A DNA stretch of 64,000 bases. It comes from Eledone cirrhosa. Taxonomy: Eukaryota. Under the pieces are notes generated by a model, which was not told where the DNA came from, did not search any database, and worked only from the letters and a program-made list of their open reading frames with translations. Shown here in pieces: positions 13,572 to 26,269 of the stretch. The stretch covers positions 7,130,001 to 7,194,000 of the forward strand of contig OZ024756.1 in the NCBI GenBank assembly GCA_964016885.1, given 5' to 3'. Every line of letters starts with the position of its first letter. The first letter of the stretch is position 1. The position numbers and the translations under genes were made by a program.

Positions 13572-14020
13572 ATAATAATTGTTTCTACTTTAGGCACAAG
13601 TCCAGCAATTATCTCAGTGCATTACTGGTACTTTATTTTATCGACCTCGTGAGGATGAAAGGCACAAGGCCAGCAATTTTCGAGGAGGGGAAAGTCCATT
13701 GAATCGACCGCAGTGCGTAACTGGTACTTTATTTTATCGACCGCGTAAGAGTGAAACGCAAAGTTAACCTCAGCAGGATTTGAACTCAGCTCGTAAAGGG
13801 CCACAACACCATGCTGCAGGGCATGGTATATGACGCTCTACCGATGCTCCCAACAATTGTTTCTACTTTTGGCACAAGGCCAGTAATTACCCCAGTGCAT
13901 TACTGATACTTTATTTTATCAACCCCTTAAGCAGAAAAGGCAAACTTAACCTCGGTGGAATTTGAACTCGGATCATAAAGGGCCGCAAAGCATGGCGTCC
14001 GACTCTCTACCGATACTGCC
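13572..14020 (-). mobile_element. Cluster of minus-strand SINE copies (one with an internal duplication)
   Basis: Repeated TTGTTTCTACTTT..GGCACAAGG and CTGGTACTTTATTTTATCGACC motifs. Confidence 0.85.
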
Positions 14021-14076
14021 GATCTCTCTGTTAGGGTTAGAGATGGGGTTTAGGGAAATACATATCAACTCTTGAG

Positions 14077-14870
14077 CAGCGTTTCCCAACCTTTTTACCC
14101 CTGTGGAACCTTTGAAATAGTTTTCATATCTCAGGGAAACCCTGCATAAATAATTATATATAGCATTAGGGGCGGTGGATTGGCAGTATCGGTAGAGGGT
14201 CTGACGCCATGCTTTCAAGCATAGTTACGTCCCTTTACGATCTGAGTTCAAATCCCGCCGAGGTTGACTTTGCCTTTCATCCTTACGGGGTCGATAAAAT
14301 AATGTACCAGTAATGCACTGGGTAATTGCTGGCCTTGTGCCTAAAGTAGAAACAATTATTAAGAGCCCTTGCCATTCTAAGTCAATACTCGCCGTGGTTA
14401 ACTTTGCCTTTCATCCTTACAGGGTCGAAAAAATAAAGTACCAGTAATGCACTGGTTTAATTGCTGGCCTTGTGCCAAAAGTAGAAACAATTATTAAGGT
14501 GGATTGGCAGTATCAATAGAGGGTTGTGGTTAGGGTTAGAGTTAGGGTTAAGGAAAGAGTTACGGCCCTTTACGGTCTGAGTTCAAATCCCGCTGAGGTT
14601 AACTTTGCCTTTTATCCCTACGTGTTCGATAAAATAAAGTACCAGTAATGATGTGGGGATTATTGCTGGCCTTGTGCCAAAAGTAGAAACAATTATTATT
14701 ATCTATCTCTTGTATATCTTTATCGTAGTGCACGTGGTAAACAATATATTTCATTCAGATAACTGGTTTATTTATTATAGAATGCGTATTTATCATTGTT
14801 TATTGCAGCACCCTTAGCGACCTCTAGCGGAAACCTGGGTTTCCGGGGAAACACCAGTTGAGAAACGCTA
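14077..14870. mobile_element. hAT/Charlie-like MITE interrupted by nested SINEs
   Basis: Terminal inverted repeats CAGCGTTTCCCAAC / GTTGAGAAACGCTA; flanks CTCTTGAG and GTCTAGAC resemble a decayed 8-bp NTCTAGAN target duplication. Confidence 0.7.
14169..14700 (+). mobile_element. Three tandem SINE copies (full, partial, full) nested in the MITE
   Basis: GGCGGTGGATTGGCAGTATCGGTAGAG head at ~14172; tails at ~14360, ~14495 and ~14700. Confidence 0.88.
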
Positions 14871-15049
14871 GTCTAGACAATAATGGAGGCTGAATGTTTA
14901 ATAATCCTGAAATGTTTAACGGGAAACACTATATGCAAATCGATATAAATAAATAGATTGCTTGGATGTAATTAAATAATTTACAAGTTTGACAGTTATT
15001 AGCAAATGATTGAAAATTAAATGTTTGTATAGATTTGTTAAGATATTGA

Positions 15050-15362
15050 TTTCTCATTTAGGCAAAACGCCAGCAAATTTCGGAGAAGAGCGGAATTGAT
15101 TAAATCAACACCAGTACATGAGTGGTACTTTAATTTATCGATCAGAATTTTAAAAGCCAGAACAAACAACGGTTTCTCATTTAGGGTAACAATTTGCGGC
15201 GAGGGGATTGTCAATTAATTTGATTCCAGTACGTTACTGGTACTTTATTATATCGACCATGGAAAGACAAAAGGCGGAGTTGACTGCCGCGGGATTTGAA
15301 CTGAGAATGTTAAGAACCAGAACAGGTAAACACAATACCAATATAGGATGCTCTGCCAATTG
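15050..15362 (-). mobile_element. Two older diverged SINE remnants
   Basis: GGTACTTTA..TATCGA and GGGATTTGAACT motifs with many substitutions. Confidence 0.6.
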
Positions 15363-15427
15363 TTCTAATCAATTAACCTAGATTTTGTAAATATTATAAA
15401 CTAGATGTTGAATTGCACTGTTCCCTG

Positions 15428-15722
15428 TTTGTGTCTATGTGTGTGTGTTTGTATGTGTGGGTATGTGTGTGTGTATGTGTGTCTGTGCGTGTGTGTGTGT
15501 ATGTGTGTGTGTGTTTGCGTGTGTGTGTATGTATGTGTGTGTGTGTTTGTGTGTGTGTGTGCGTGTGTCTGTGTCTGTGTGTATGTGTCTGTAAGTGTGT
15601 ATTTGTATGTATGTGTGTGTGTCTATATGTGGGTGTCTGTGTGTGTGTCTGTCTGTGTGTGTCTGTCGCATGCCTGTGTGTCTGTGTGTGGATGCGTGCG
15701 TGTGTATGTGTGTGTGTGTGCA
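15428..15722. repeat. Imperfect (GT)n microsatellite
   Basis: Direct reading. Confidence 0.95.
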
Positions 15723-15778
15723 TAACTCTATAGTGAGTGGTTATATGTATATAGCAGTGTAATTATATACACATATAT

Positions 15779-16220
15779 TAGACCTGAAAAATGCGCAAGC
15801 TCAAAAGAGCCACATAATGTTATAATAAACCTTCAAAAGTGTGGGACTAGAGTTGTTGCTCAAATATATTGTAATCATTATCTATCGTACACTCTGTGGC
15901 ATCCTTTTATAAAAAAGAGACTCATAACGAACTCAAGACGACACGATAATTATTTAAGCTAATGTTCAATATCTCATATTAGATGTTTAGTAATGATTAT
16001 TACGAAATGCACTTAAACCGAATTCTATATTATAAATTCACTTAAATAATTATCGTGTTGTCTTGAGTTCATTATGAGTCTCTTTTTTATAAAAGGATGC
16101 CACAGAGTGTACGATAGATAATGATTACAATATTTTTGAGCAACAACTCTAGTCCCACACTTTTGAAGGTTTATTATAACATTATGTGGCTCTTTTGAGC
16201 TTGCGCATTTTTCAGCTCTA
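15779..16220. mobile_element. Foldback/MITE-like element with ~180-bp inverted arms and an ~80-bp spacer
   Basis: 15779-15958 is the near-perfect reverse complement of 16041-16220 (TAGACCTGAAAAATGCGC.. / ..GCGCATTTTTCAGCTCTA); no clear TSD. Confidence 0.75.
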
Positions 16221-16826
16221 GGTTAATATTTTTTTAAGGCAACGCATGTAATAACTCTAGTTAAACATGATATATATTAATAATAAATTATCGTTGTAAT
16301 GTAATTAGATTATATAATTGTTATTTTATAAATGATCTTATAAATATTATTGTAAGATGTATACAAATATTTTCAGACTTTTAATAGTTAATATAAATTT
16401 AAAAAATCATATATAAATTAACAATATAACTTACCAAAACAAGAAAAATATTTTGATGATAAAACGACGAAATACTGGAGGAAGATTCGAAAGCGAAATG
16501 ATAAATAAACGTGGAAACAAATGGTTGATTAGCCAATAAGACGATGAAATTAGCCGATAAGACGATACATTACAAGAGATGTTTGGGTGGCATCACCAGG
16601 GCCAACGACACACGTTGAATGTTTTATTCACAAGCTACGCATGTATGTCAACATGTCAGACACGCAGACTTAAAACATGCTGTTGTTAGTCACTGCGTAT
16701 CTAACAGATACCTGTGTAATAGTAAATATATATATACCTGTGTAATACTAAATATATATATACCTGTGTAATACTATAAATATTCACCTGTCTAATGTTA
16801 TATATATACTAGAGTAATATTATTAC

Positions 16827-17003
16827 CAGTATCGGTAGAGGGTCGGACGCCATGCTTTGCAGCTTAGAGTTACGGCCCTTTCTGGTCTGAGTTCAAATCC
16901 TGCCAAGGGCAACTTTGTCTTTAATCCCTACGGGTCGATAAAATATAGTACCAGTAATACACTGAGATAATTGCTGGCCTTCTGCCAAAAGTAGAAATAG
17001 TTA
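16827..17003 (+). mobile_element. SINE copy (diverged)
   Basis: CAGTATCGGTAGAGGGTCGGACGCC...GTAGAAATAGTT. Confidence 0.85.
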
Positions 17004-18470
17004 TATATATACCTATTTATTGTTATATATATATACTTGTATAATGTTATATATATATATATATATACATATATAATGTTATATATATATATACATGTAT
17101 AATGTTATATATATATACTTGTATAATGTTATATATATATAAACTTGTATGATGTTATATATATATACTTGTACAATGTTATATATATATGTACATGTAT
17201 AATGTTATATATATATACTTGTATAATGTTATATATATATACTTGTATAATGCTATATATATATATATATATATATATATAATGTTATATATATATATAT
17301 ATATACATGTATAATATTATATATATATACTTGTATAATGTTATATATATATACTTGTATAATGTTATATATATATACTTGTATAATGTTATATATATAT
17401 ACTTGTATAATGTTATATATATATATACGTGTATAATGTTATATATATATACTTGTATAATGTTATATATATATACCTGTATAATGTTATATATATACTT
17501 GTATAATGTTATATATATATATATACATGTATAATGTTATATATATATATACTTGTATAATGTTATATATTTCTACGTGTATAATGTTATATATATATAC
17601 TTGTATAATGTTATATATATATATATATATATATAGTTGTATAATGTTATATATATATATACCTGTATAATGTTATATATATATACTTGTATAATGTTAT
17701 ATATATATACCTGTATAATGTTATATATATATACTTGCATAATGTTATATATATATACTTGTATAATGTTATATATATATACTTGTATAATGTTATATAT
17801 ATATATACGTGTATAATGTTATATATATATACTTGTATAATGTTATATATATATACCTGTATAATGTTATATATATACTTGTATAATGTTATATATATAT
17901 ATACATGTATAATGTTATATATATATACCTGTATAATGTTATATATATAAACCTGTATAATGTTATATATATATACCTGTATAATGTTATATATATAAAC
18001 CTGTATAATGTTATATATATATACATGTATAATATTATATATATAAACCTGTATAATGTTATATATATATACCTGTATAATGTTATATATATATACATGT
18101 ATAATGTTATATATATAAACCTGTATAATGTTATATATATATATACATGTATAATGTTATATATATAAACCTGTATAATGTTATATATATAAACCTGTAT
18201 AATGTTATATATATATATACATGTATAATGTTATATATATAAACCTGTATAATGTTATATATATAAACCTGTATAATGTTATATATATATATACATGTAT
18301 AATGTTATATATATAAACATGTATAATGTTATATATATAAACCTGTATAATGTTATATATATAAACCTGTATAATGTTATATATATATATACATGTATAA
18401 TGTTATATATATAAACCTGTATAATGTTATATATATAAACCTGTATAATGTTATATATATACTTGTATAC

Positions 18471-18655
18471 GGTGGATTGGCAGTATCGGTAGAGGTTCGG
18501 ACGCCATGCTTTCCAGCATAGTTACGTCCCTTTACATTCTGAGTTCAAATCCCGCCGAGGTTGACTTTGCCTTTCATCCTTACGGGGTCGATAAAATAAA
18601 GTACCAGTAATGTACGGGAGTGTTTGCTGGCCTTGTGCCAAAAGTAGAAACAGTT
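18471..18655 (+). mobile_element. SINE copy, near full length
   Basis: GGTGGATTGGCAGTATCGG...GAGTTCAAATCCCGCC...GTAGAAACAGTT. Confidence 0.9.
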
Positions 18656-19283
18656 ATATATATACTTGTATAACGTTATATATATATATACCTGTATAAT
18701 GTTATATATATATACTTGTATAATGTTATATATATATATCTGTATAATGTTATATATATATACTTGTATAATGTTATATATATACTTGTATAATGTTATA
18801 TATATATATACTTGTATAACGTTATATATATATACCTGTAATATAAGTACCAGTAATGCACTGGGTAATTGCTGGCCTTGTGCCAAAAGTAGAAACAGTT
18901 ATATATATATACCGGTATAATGTCATATATTTTCACTTGTATAATGTTATATATATATACCTGTATATTGTTATATATATATACTTTTATAATGTTATAT
19001 ATATATACCTGTATAATGTTATATATATATACCTGTATGTTGTTATATATATACTTGTATAATGTTATATATATATACCTGTATAATGTTATATATATAT
19101 ACCTGTATGTTGTTATATATATACTTGTATAATGTTATATATATATACCTGTATAATGTTATATATATATACCTGTATGTTGTTATATATATACTTGTAT
19201 AATGTTATATATATATATACCTGTATAATGTTATATATATATACTTGTATAATATTATATATATGCATATACTTGTATAAGAT

Positions 19284-19314
<31 letters not shown>

Positions 19315-20126
19315 GTATAATGTTACATATATATATACTTGCATAATGTTATATATATATATACTTGTATAATGTTATATATATATACTTGTATAATGTT
19401 ATATATATATACTTGTATAATATTATATATATGCATATACTTGTATAAGATTATATATATATATATATATATATATACCTGTATAATGCTACATATATAT
19501 ATACTTGCATAATGTTATATATATATATACTTGTATAATGTTATATATATATACTTGTATAATGTTATATATATATATAATTGTATAATGTTATATATAT
19601 ATACTTCTATAATGTTATATATATATACTTCTATAATGTTATATATATATACTTGTATAATGTTATATATATATACTTGCATAATGTTATATATATATAT
19701 ACATGTATAATGTTATATATATATATACTTGTATAATGTTATATATATATACTTGTATAATGTTATATATATATACTTCTATAATGTTATATATATATAC
19801 TTGTAGAATGTTATATATATATATATATACATATACTTGTAGAATGTTATATATATATACTTGTGTAATGTTATATATATATATATATATATACTTGTAT
19901 AATGTTTTATATATATACCTGTATAATGTTATATATATATACCTGTATAATGTTATATATATATATACCTGTATAATGTTATATATATATACCTGTATAA
20001 TGTTATATATATATACCTGTATATTGTTATATATATATACTGGTATAATTTTATATATATATATATACTTGTATAATACTATATATATATATATACTTGT
20101 ATAAGATTATATATATATATATACTT

Positions 20127-20292
20127 GGATTGGCAGTATCAGTAGAGAGTCGGACGCCATGCTTTCTAGCATAGTTACGTCCCTTTACGATCTGAGTTCA
20201 AATCCTGCCGAGGTTAACTTTGCCTTTCATCCTTACGGGGTCGACAAAATAAAGTACCAGTAATGCACTTGTGTCTAAAGTAGAAACAGTTA
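20127..20292 (+). mobile_element. SINE copy with a short internal deletion
   Basis: Same head, core and tail motifs. Confidence 0.88.
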
Positions 20293-20565
20293 TATATATA
20301 TATACTTGTATATATATATATATACGTGTGCAATGTTATATATATACCTATATAATGTTATATATATATATATATATATATATACCTGTTTATTGTTATA
20401 TATATATATATACCTGTGTAAATTTAAGTGTCCAACAGAGTGCAATGACAAATAAATGAAGAAGAAATAATATATACATAGACATATATATATACTTATA
20501 TGTATATATATGTATATATACTTATATATATATATACATATATATATACATATATATATATACAC

Positions 20566-20598
<33 letters not shown>

Positions 20599-20714
20599 GA
20601 CATAGAATATTCGAAAATATTCTGTATGTTTATAATAAACATTTTGAAGACCTAATCGATATAGAATAGAATACGTCACGTATTACAATTAGATTCTCGA
20701 TAAAAGCAAGGGAA

Positions 20715-20757
20715 GTAATCTACGCGTTTCATTCTTGTTAGAAATCATCAGGACTAC
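20715..20757 (-). ncRNA. Type I hammerhead ribozyme (identical copies at 21025-21067 and 21335-21377)
   Basis: Minus strand GTAGTC-CTGATGA-TTTCTAACAAGAAT-GAAA-CGCG-TA-GATTAC: intact core, stem I GTAGTC/GATTAC, stem II TTCT/AGAA, palindromic minimal stem III. Confidence 0.85.
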
Positions 20758-21770
20758 ATATCCAGTGCTTTTATCGAGAATGACACAGCTAGAGACTTAT
20801 AGAATACTTAGCTGTGTACAGGAACTGGTTTGAAAGAGCGGTTGCCGGTCCGGCAGAAATTAGAAATTGGAATAAATGCTCTGAGATAGCGATATATATG
20901 TGAATATAGACATAGAATATTCGAAAATATTCTGTATGTTTATAATAAACATTTTGAAGACCTAATCGCTATAGAATAGAATACGTCACGTATTACAATT
21001 AGATTCTCGATAAAAGCAAGGGAAGTAATCTACGCGTTTCATTCTTGTTAGAAATCATCAGGACTACATATCCAGTGCTTTTATCGAGAATGACACAGCT
21101 AGAGACTTATAGAATACTTAGCTGTGTACAGGAACTGGTTTGAAAGAGCGGTTGCCGGTCCGGCAGAAATTAGAAATTGGAATAAATGCTCTGAGATAGC
21201 GATATATATGTGAATATAGACATAGAATATTCGAAAATATTCTGTATGTTTATAATAAACATTTTGAAGACCTAATCGCTATAGAATAGAATACGTCACG
21301 TATTACAATTAGATTCTCGATAAAAGCAAGGGAAGTAATCTACGCGTTTCATTCTTGTTAGAAATCATCAGGACTACATATCCAGTGCTTTTATCGAGAA
21401 TGACACAGCTAGAGACTTATAGAATACTTAGCTGTGTACAGGAACTGGTTTGAAAGAGCGGTTGCCGGTCCGGCAGAAATTAGAAATTGGAATAAATGCT
21501 CTGAGATAGCGATATATATGTGAATATAGACATAGAATATTCGAAAATATTCTGTATGTTTATAATAAACATTTTGAAGACCTAAAAAACATACAGAATA
21601 TTTTCGAATATTCTATGTCTATATTCACATATATATCGCTATCTCAGAGCATTTATTCCAATTTCTAATTTCTGCCGGACCGGCAACCGCTCTTTCAAAC
21701 CAGTTCCTGTACACAGCTAAGTATTCTATAAGTCTCTAGCTGTGTCATTCTCGATAAAAGCACTGGATAT

Positions 21771-21813
21771 GTAGTCCTGATGATTTCTAACAAGAATGAA
21801 ACGCGTAGATTAC
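21771..21813 (+). ncRNA. Type I hammerhead ribozyme in the inverted unit
   Basis: GTAGTCCTGATGATTTCTAACAAGAATGAAACGCGTAGATTAC reads directly on the plus strand. Confidence 0.85.
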
Positions 21814-22014
21814 TTCCCTTGCTTTTATCGAGAATCTAATTGTAATACGTGACGTATTCTATTCTATAGCGATTAGGTCTTCAAAATGTTTATTATAAAC
21901 ATACAGAATATTTTCGAATATTCTATGTCTATATTCACATATATATCGCTATCTCAGAGCATTTATTCCAATTTATATATATATATACTTATATGTGTGT
22001 ATATAAATATATAT

Positions 22015-22064
<50 letters not shown>

Positions 22065-22233
22065 AGTATATATGCAGGGAAGTTATGTGCCATGTGTTAT
22101 CAGATGAGAATATATAGTAACTTGCCTGATTCTCCGGTAATGACTTCGTGGGTGGCCCAAGCTTCTCTTGATATCAGGAGTTACATCAGTCTTATACAGA
22201 CCCCGCATCTCTCTCTCTCTCCCTATATATAAA

Positions 22234-22296
<63 letters not shown>

Positions 22297-22395
22297 GGAG
22301 GTGAGTTTTATTGTAGCACAATAAAGCAATGCAAATATCGGATAAGTAGTACTCAACAGTTTATCCGACTGGAGTATGAATAATATAAAATCAGA

Positions 22396-22550
<155 letters not shown>

Positions 22551-22929
22551 AATATATTACACAAATAGAAGTGTGTTACACAATGAGATGTGCGTAAAGA
22601 ATTATTACAAGTCAATTTTACCGTTACTGTATAGAAAACTATATCTACAGGTTTAGCAATTAAATAGAAAAAAACCCAAGTCAGAATCAAATCTCTGAAG
22701 TAGAATTTTAAATTACTAACCTTATAACTATAAGTTTGCTGATACGAATTAAGTTCGTTTCTCCACTCAATTATTTGTGTAATAGATTTGTATCTAAGCT
22801 CAGAAGAAAATTCTCTATTCTTCTTTGAGCTAATAATATTATTATTATTACTGTGAACTGCGGAATACACTTAATTCCGATCCTAGTATATATATATATA
22901 CTAGGATCGGAATTAAGTGTATTCCGCAG

Positions 22930-22994
<65 letters not shown>

Positions 22995-23029
22995 AAAATT
23001 AAGATAAATTAAATTAAATTAAATTAAAT

Positions 23030-23180
23030 TAAGGGTGTCATGCCAGATTGACATGCGCCATATCACCCGTAAAATATGCTCCGAGATTCTACTGAATAGA
23101 TCCGAGCATTTCATATCAACTAGAAATTGATTGACATATAGATAAACATATGAAACAATCACAGGGGATAATTTGTAAAA
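23030..23180. repeat. Dispersed repeat fragment in TA-rich DNA; second diverged copy at ~44100-44262
   Basis: Shared TTAAGGG-TGTCATG..GACATGCGCCATATC..GAATAGATC..CATATCAACTAGAA..AACAATCACAGGG..TAATTTGTAAA. Confidence 0.7.
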
Positions 23181-23263
23181 AGTGTGTAAGCAAACATAGA
23201 TAGGTAGGTAACTAAATAAAGTTTAAATAGAACTTCAAAAATAGATACCTATATATATATATA

Positions 23264-23319
<56 letters not shown>

Positions 23320-23365
23320 TTATCGAGCCCTCTTTGGATTTTAGTCTTCAATTTATTATTATTAC

Positions 23366-23402
<37 letters not shown>

Positions 23403-23959
23403 GGATTAGAATTGGAGCTCTGAAATAGCAATATATATATGGATGTATATATAATGTATTTTGCAATACATCTTATGCTTAATTAAAAGCATTTTGAAGA
23501 CCGTAAGCTATTGTTTAAAAGTAGTGACAAATTCACTTACTTTGATCTCAGCAAACAGGGGAGATAAGCCGACAAGTCTTGTTTCGCTTTTAAAACAATA
23601 GCTTACGGTCTTCAAAATGCTTTTAATTAAGCATAAAGTGTATTGCAAAATAAATTATATATACATCCATATATATATTGCTATTTCAGAGCTCCAATTC
23701 TAATCTTTAATTTCTGCCTGACCAACAACCGCTCTGCATAATCAGCTCCTGATTATTTACTAGATTTCTATAAGAATATAACATCAGTCATCTCGGTAGA
23801 CAGGAGGGGTAGTTGGCCTTGATAAGCTTCAACCAAAGCGAAACAAGACTTGTCGGCTTATCTCCCCTGTTTGCTGAGATCAAAGTAAGTGAATTTGTCA
23901 CTACTTTAAAACGGTCTTCAAAATGCTTTTAATTAAGCATAAAGTGTATTGCAAAATAC

Positions 23960-23965
<6 letters not shown>
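23403..23965. mobile_element. Diverged relative of the 310-bp unit: inverted partial copy plus ~1.2 direct units, with a degenerate hammerhead at ~23815-23858 (+)
   Basis: Shares blocks AATTTCTGCC-GACC--CAACCGCTCT and GGTCTTCAAAATG with the 310-bp unit. ACGGTCTTC recurs at 23605 and 23911. The core reads GCC-TTGATAA-GCTT..AAGC-GAAA-CAAGACTTG-TC-GGC. Confidence 0.75.
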
Positions 23966-24024
<59 letters not shown>

Positions 24025-24674
24025 ACATGGAGAAAGAGACGATTATTAGGAAGAAAAAATATTTTTTTCCTTTCTTGTTTCTCTCTCTTTTTTCTGGGTT
24101 AGAATATGATTAAAACGAAATGTTTTATTTTGTGTGAAGTGTTAAGGTATTAGTTGATTTATTTATTATTTAACAATGGCATTTATTTATCTATTTATAT
24201 ATTTTATTATTGTTTATTACCGGTTTCAGAATTTTTATACATTATCAAATGATAGTGAAATGTATTAGTGTGGTGTCGCACATGTTAAACAGAAGGTGCA
24301 GAAAGAATAATGTTCTTTACAAACAAGGTTTGTGAAGTGAAAAAAAAGAAGAAGGAAAAAAACGTGCTCAATGTAGAGCATAAAAAGTCAATGTGGAAGA
24401 AAAAGTAATGTTATTTACAAGCATAGTCATTGAAATTAAGCAGATCAAAATGTGTTAATATAGCAAGAGTGCTTAGTTGAACCATGGTTCCGTGATGGAG
24501 GCAAATGGTGGACAAAAAAGGAAAACAATATAATTTTCTCCCCAATAATCGGCTCTTTCTCCCAGTTTTCATATATATATATATCCTAACTCGTGTGCTT
24601 CCTCTCCACATTTTATTATTAGTACCAGTAATGCACTGGTGAATTGCTGGCCTTGTGCCTAAAGTAGAAACAAT

Positions 24675-24750
<76 letters not shown>

Positions 24751-24757
24751 GTGTATA

Positions 24758-24790
<33 letters not shown>

Positions 24791-25019
24791 GAATATGTCA
24801 TTTATTTTGTCTGACCTGTTTAGCTTGACTTGTTTTTTTGGCCTAGGTGGTCTATAGCTTTTTGACCGCCTTCTCAGTGTGTATGGCCTTTATAACCTAT
24901 GTTTATTGCTCTGGTCTTTTAGCCCATGGAGCGCTTGCCAGCATGACTCGCAATTTGCGTTACGTTTCGCTTTCTCTATCCCCACCGAAATGCGATTCTG
25001 GGTGAATTTATATTTGTAT

Positions 25020-25079
25020 TTCTATATATATATATATAAATAAAAAAATTGTATATGTGTATATATATATATATATATA

Positions 25080-25118
<39 letters not shown>

Positions 25119-25261
25119 ATATATACATATATAATCATATATATGTACACACACACATATATATATCTGTGTATATGTGTGCCTGTGTGAGGTTTTTGTG
25201 TTTGCGTATATATATATATATACACACATTGTGTATGTATACATACATACGTACATACTTT

Positions 25262-25306
<45 letters not shown>

Positions 25307-25521
25307 ATATATACATATATATACATATATACATATATATATATATATGTATATATGTATATATGTATATATGTATATATATGTATATATGTATATATAT
25401 ACATATATACATATATATATATATATATGTATATATGTATATATGTATATGTGTATATATATGTATATATGTATATATGTATATATATATATACATATAT
25501 ACATATATATATATATATAAA

Positions 25522-25565
<44 letters not shown>

Positions 25566-25673
25566 TATAGATATATATGTATTTATGTATATGTGTATAT
25601 ATATGTATATATGTATATATGTATATATATATATATACATATATACATATATATATATATAAATATATGTATA

Positions 25674-25707
<34 letters not shown>

Positions 25708-25709
25708 AA

Positions 25710-25799
<90 letters not shown>

Positions 25800-25802
25800 T
25801 AT
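25020..25802. repeat. (TA)n/(TATG)n complex microsatellite
   Basis: Direct reading. Confidence 0.95.
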
Positions 25803-26269
25803 ACCAATGTAGGCAGGTATGTAAAATACAGTAAGCTAGAGAGAGTGGAGGCTGGACCATATTTTAGTGTTGCCAAGAATGTCACATGTTTATACATATA
25901 TACATACATGTCAATGTATTACAACCATCTCCCCAGCTCTTTACACAATTATAACTAAGTTACACACCTTTGCTGGATCGTGACCAAAATCTCTACTGAG
26001 GCCAGTCTTCAGTAAAATATTGGACTTCCTTTACCACTGGTGGGGGTCCTTCATATAGTATGTATAAATAATGGTACGGGTCTCCGTCGGTGTCCATGAT
26101 GAGCATTCAGTTCTCCGATTAACTGAACGTCCAAATTATATGTTAACGGGTATACTGTAAAGTATTCCAGTCTTCCACTAACACGTGTATCATTCAGGCA
26201 ATCTTCTAGCAGAATGGAGAGGCTATTGTGTGGTATTTGAACACTTACATACGCACGGAAAATCTCATA

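Larger units (their letters stand above)
16708..20420. repeat. AT-rich minisatellite [ACYTGTATAATGTT(AT)n] field interrupted by SINEs
   Basis: Well over a hundred visible units with a variable AT spacer. Confidence 0.95.
20595..21974. mobile_element. Retrozyme-like array: 3.2 tandem 310-bp units followed by ~1.25 inverted units, embedded in (TA)n
   Basis: CATAGAATATTCG recurs at 20601, 20911, 21221 and 21531 (period 310). The reverse complement runs from ~21587 to 21974. Each full unit has a hammerhead motif. Confidence 0.85.

Noticed and set aside
14025-14555. TTAGGG-like words as interstitial telomere
   Set aside because: There are only 2-4 degenerate units inside or next to SINE/MITE sequence.
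25960-26230. LIGELNAHH resembling the APE GDFNAHH motif (minus strand)
   Set aside because: It is a single degenerate motif with no other supporting domain sequence.
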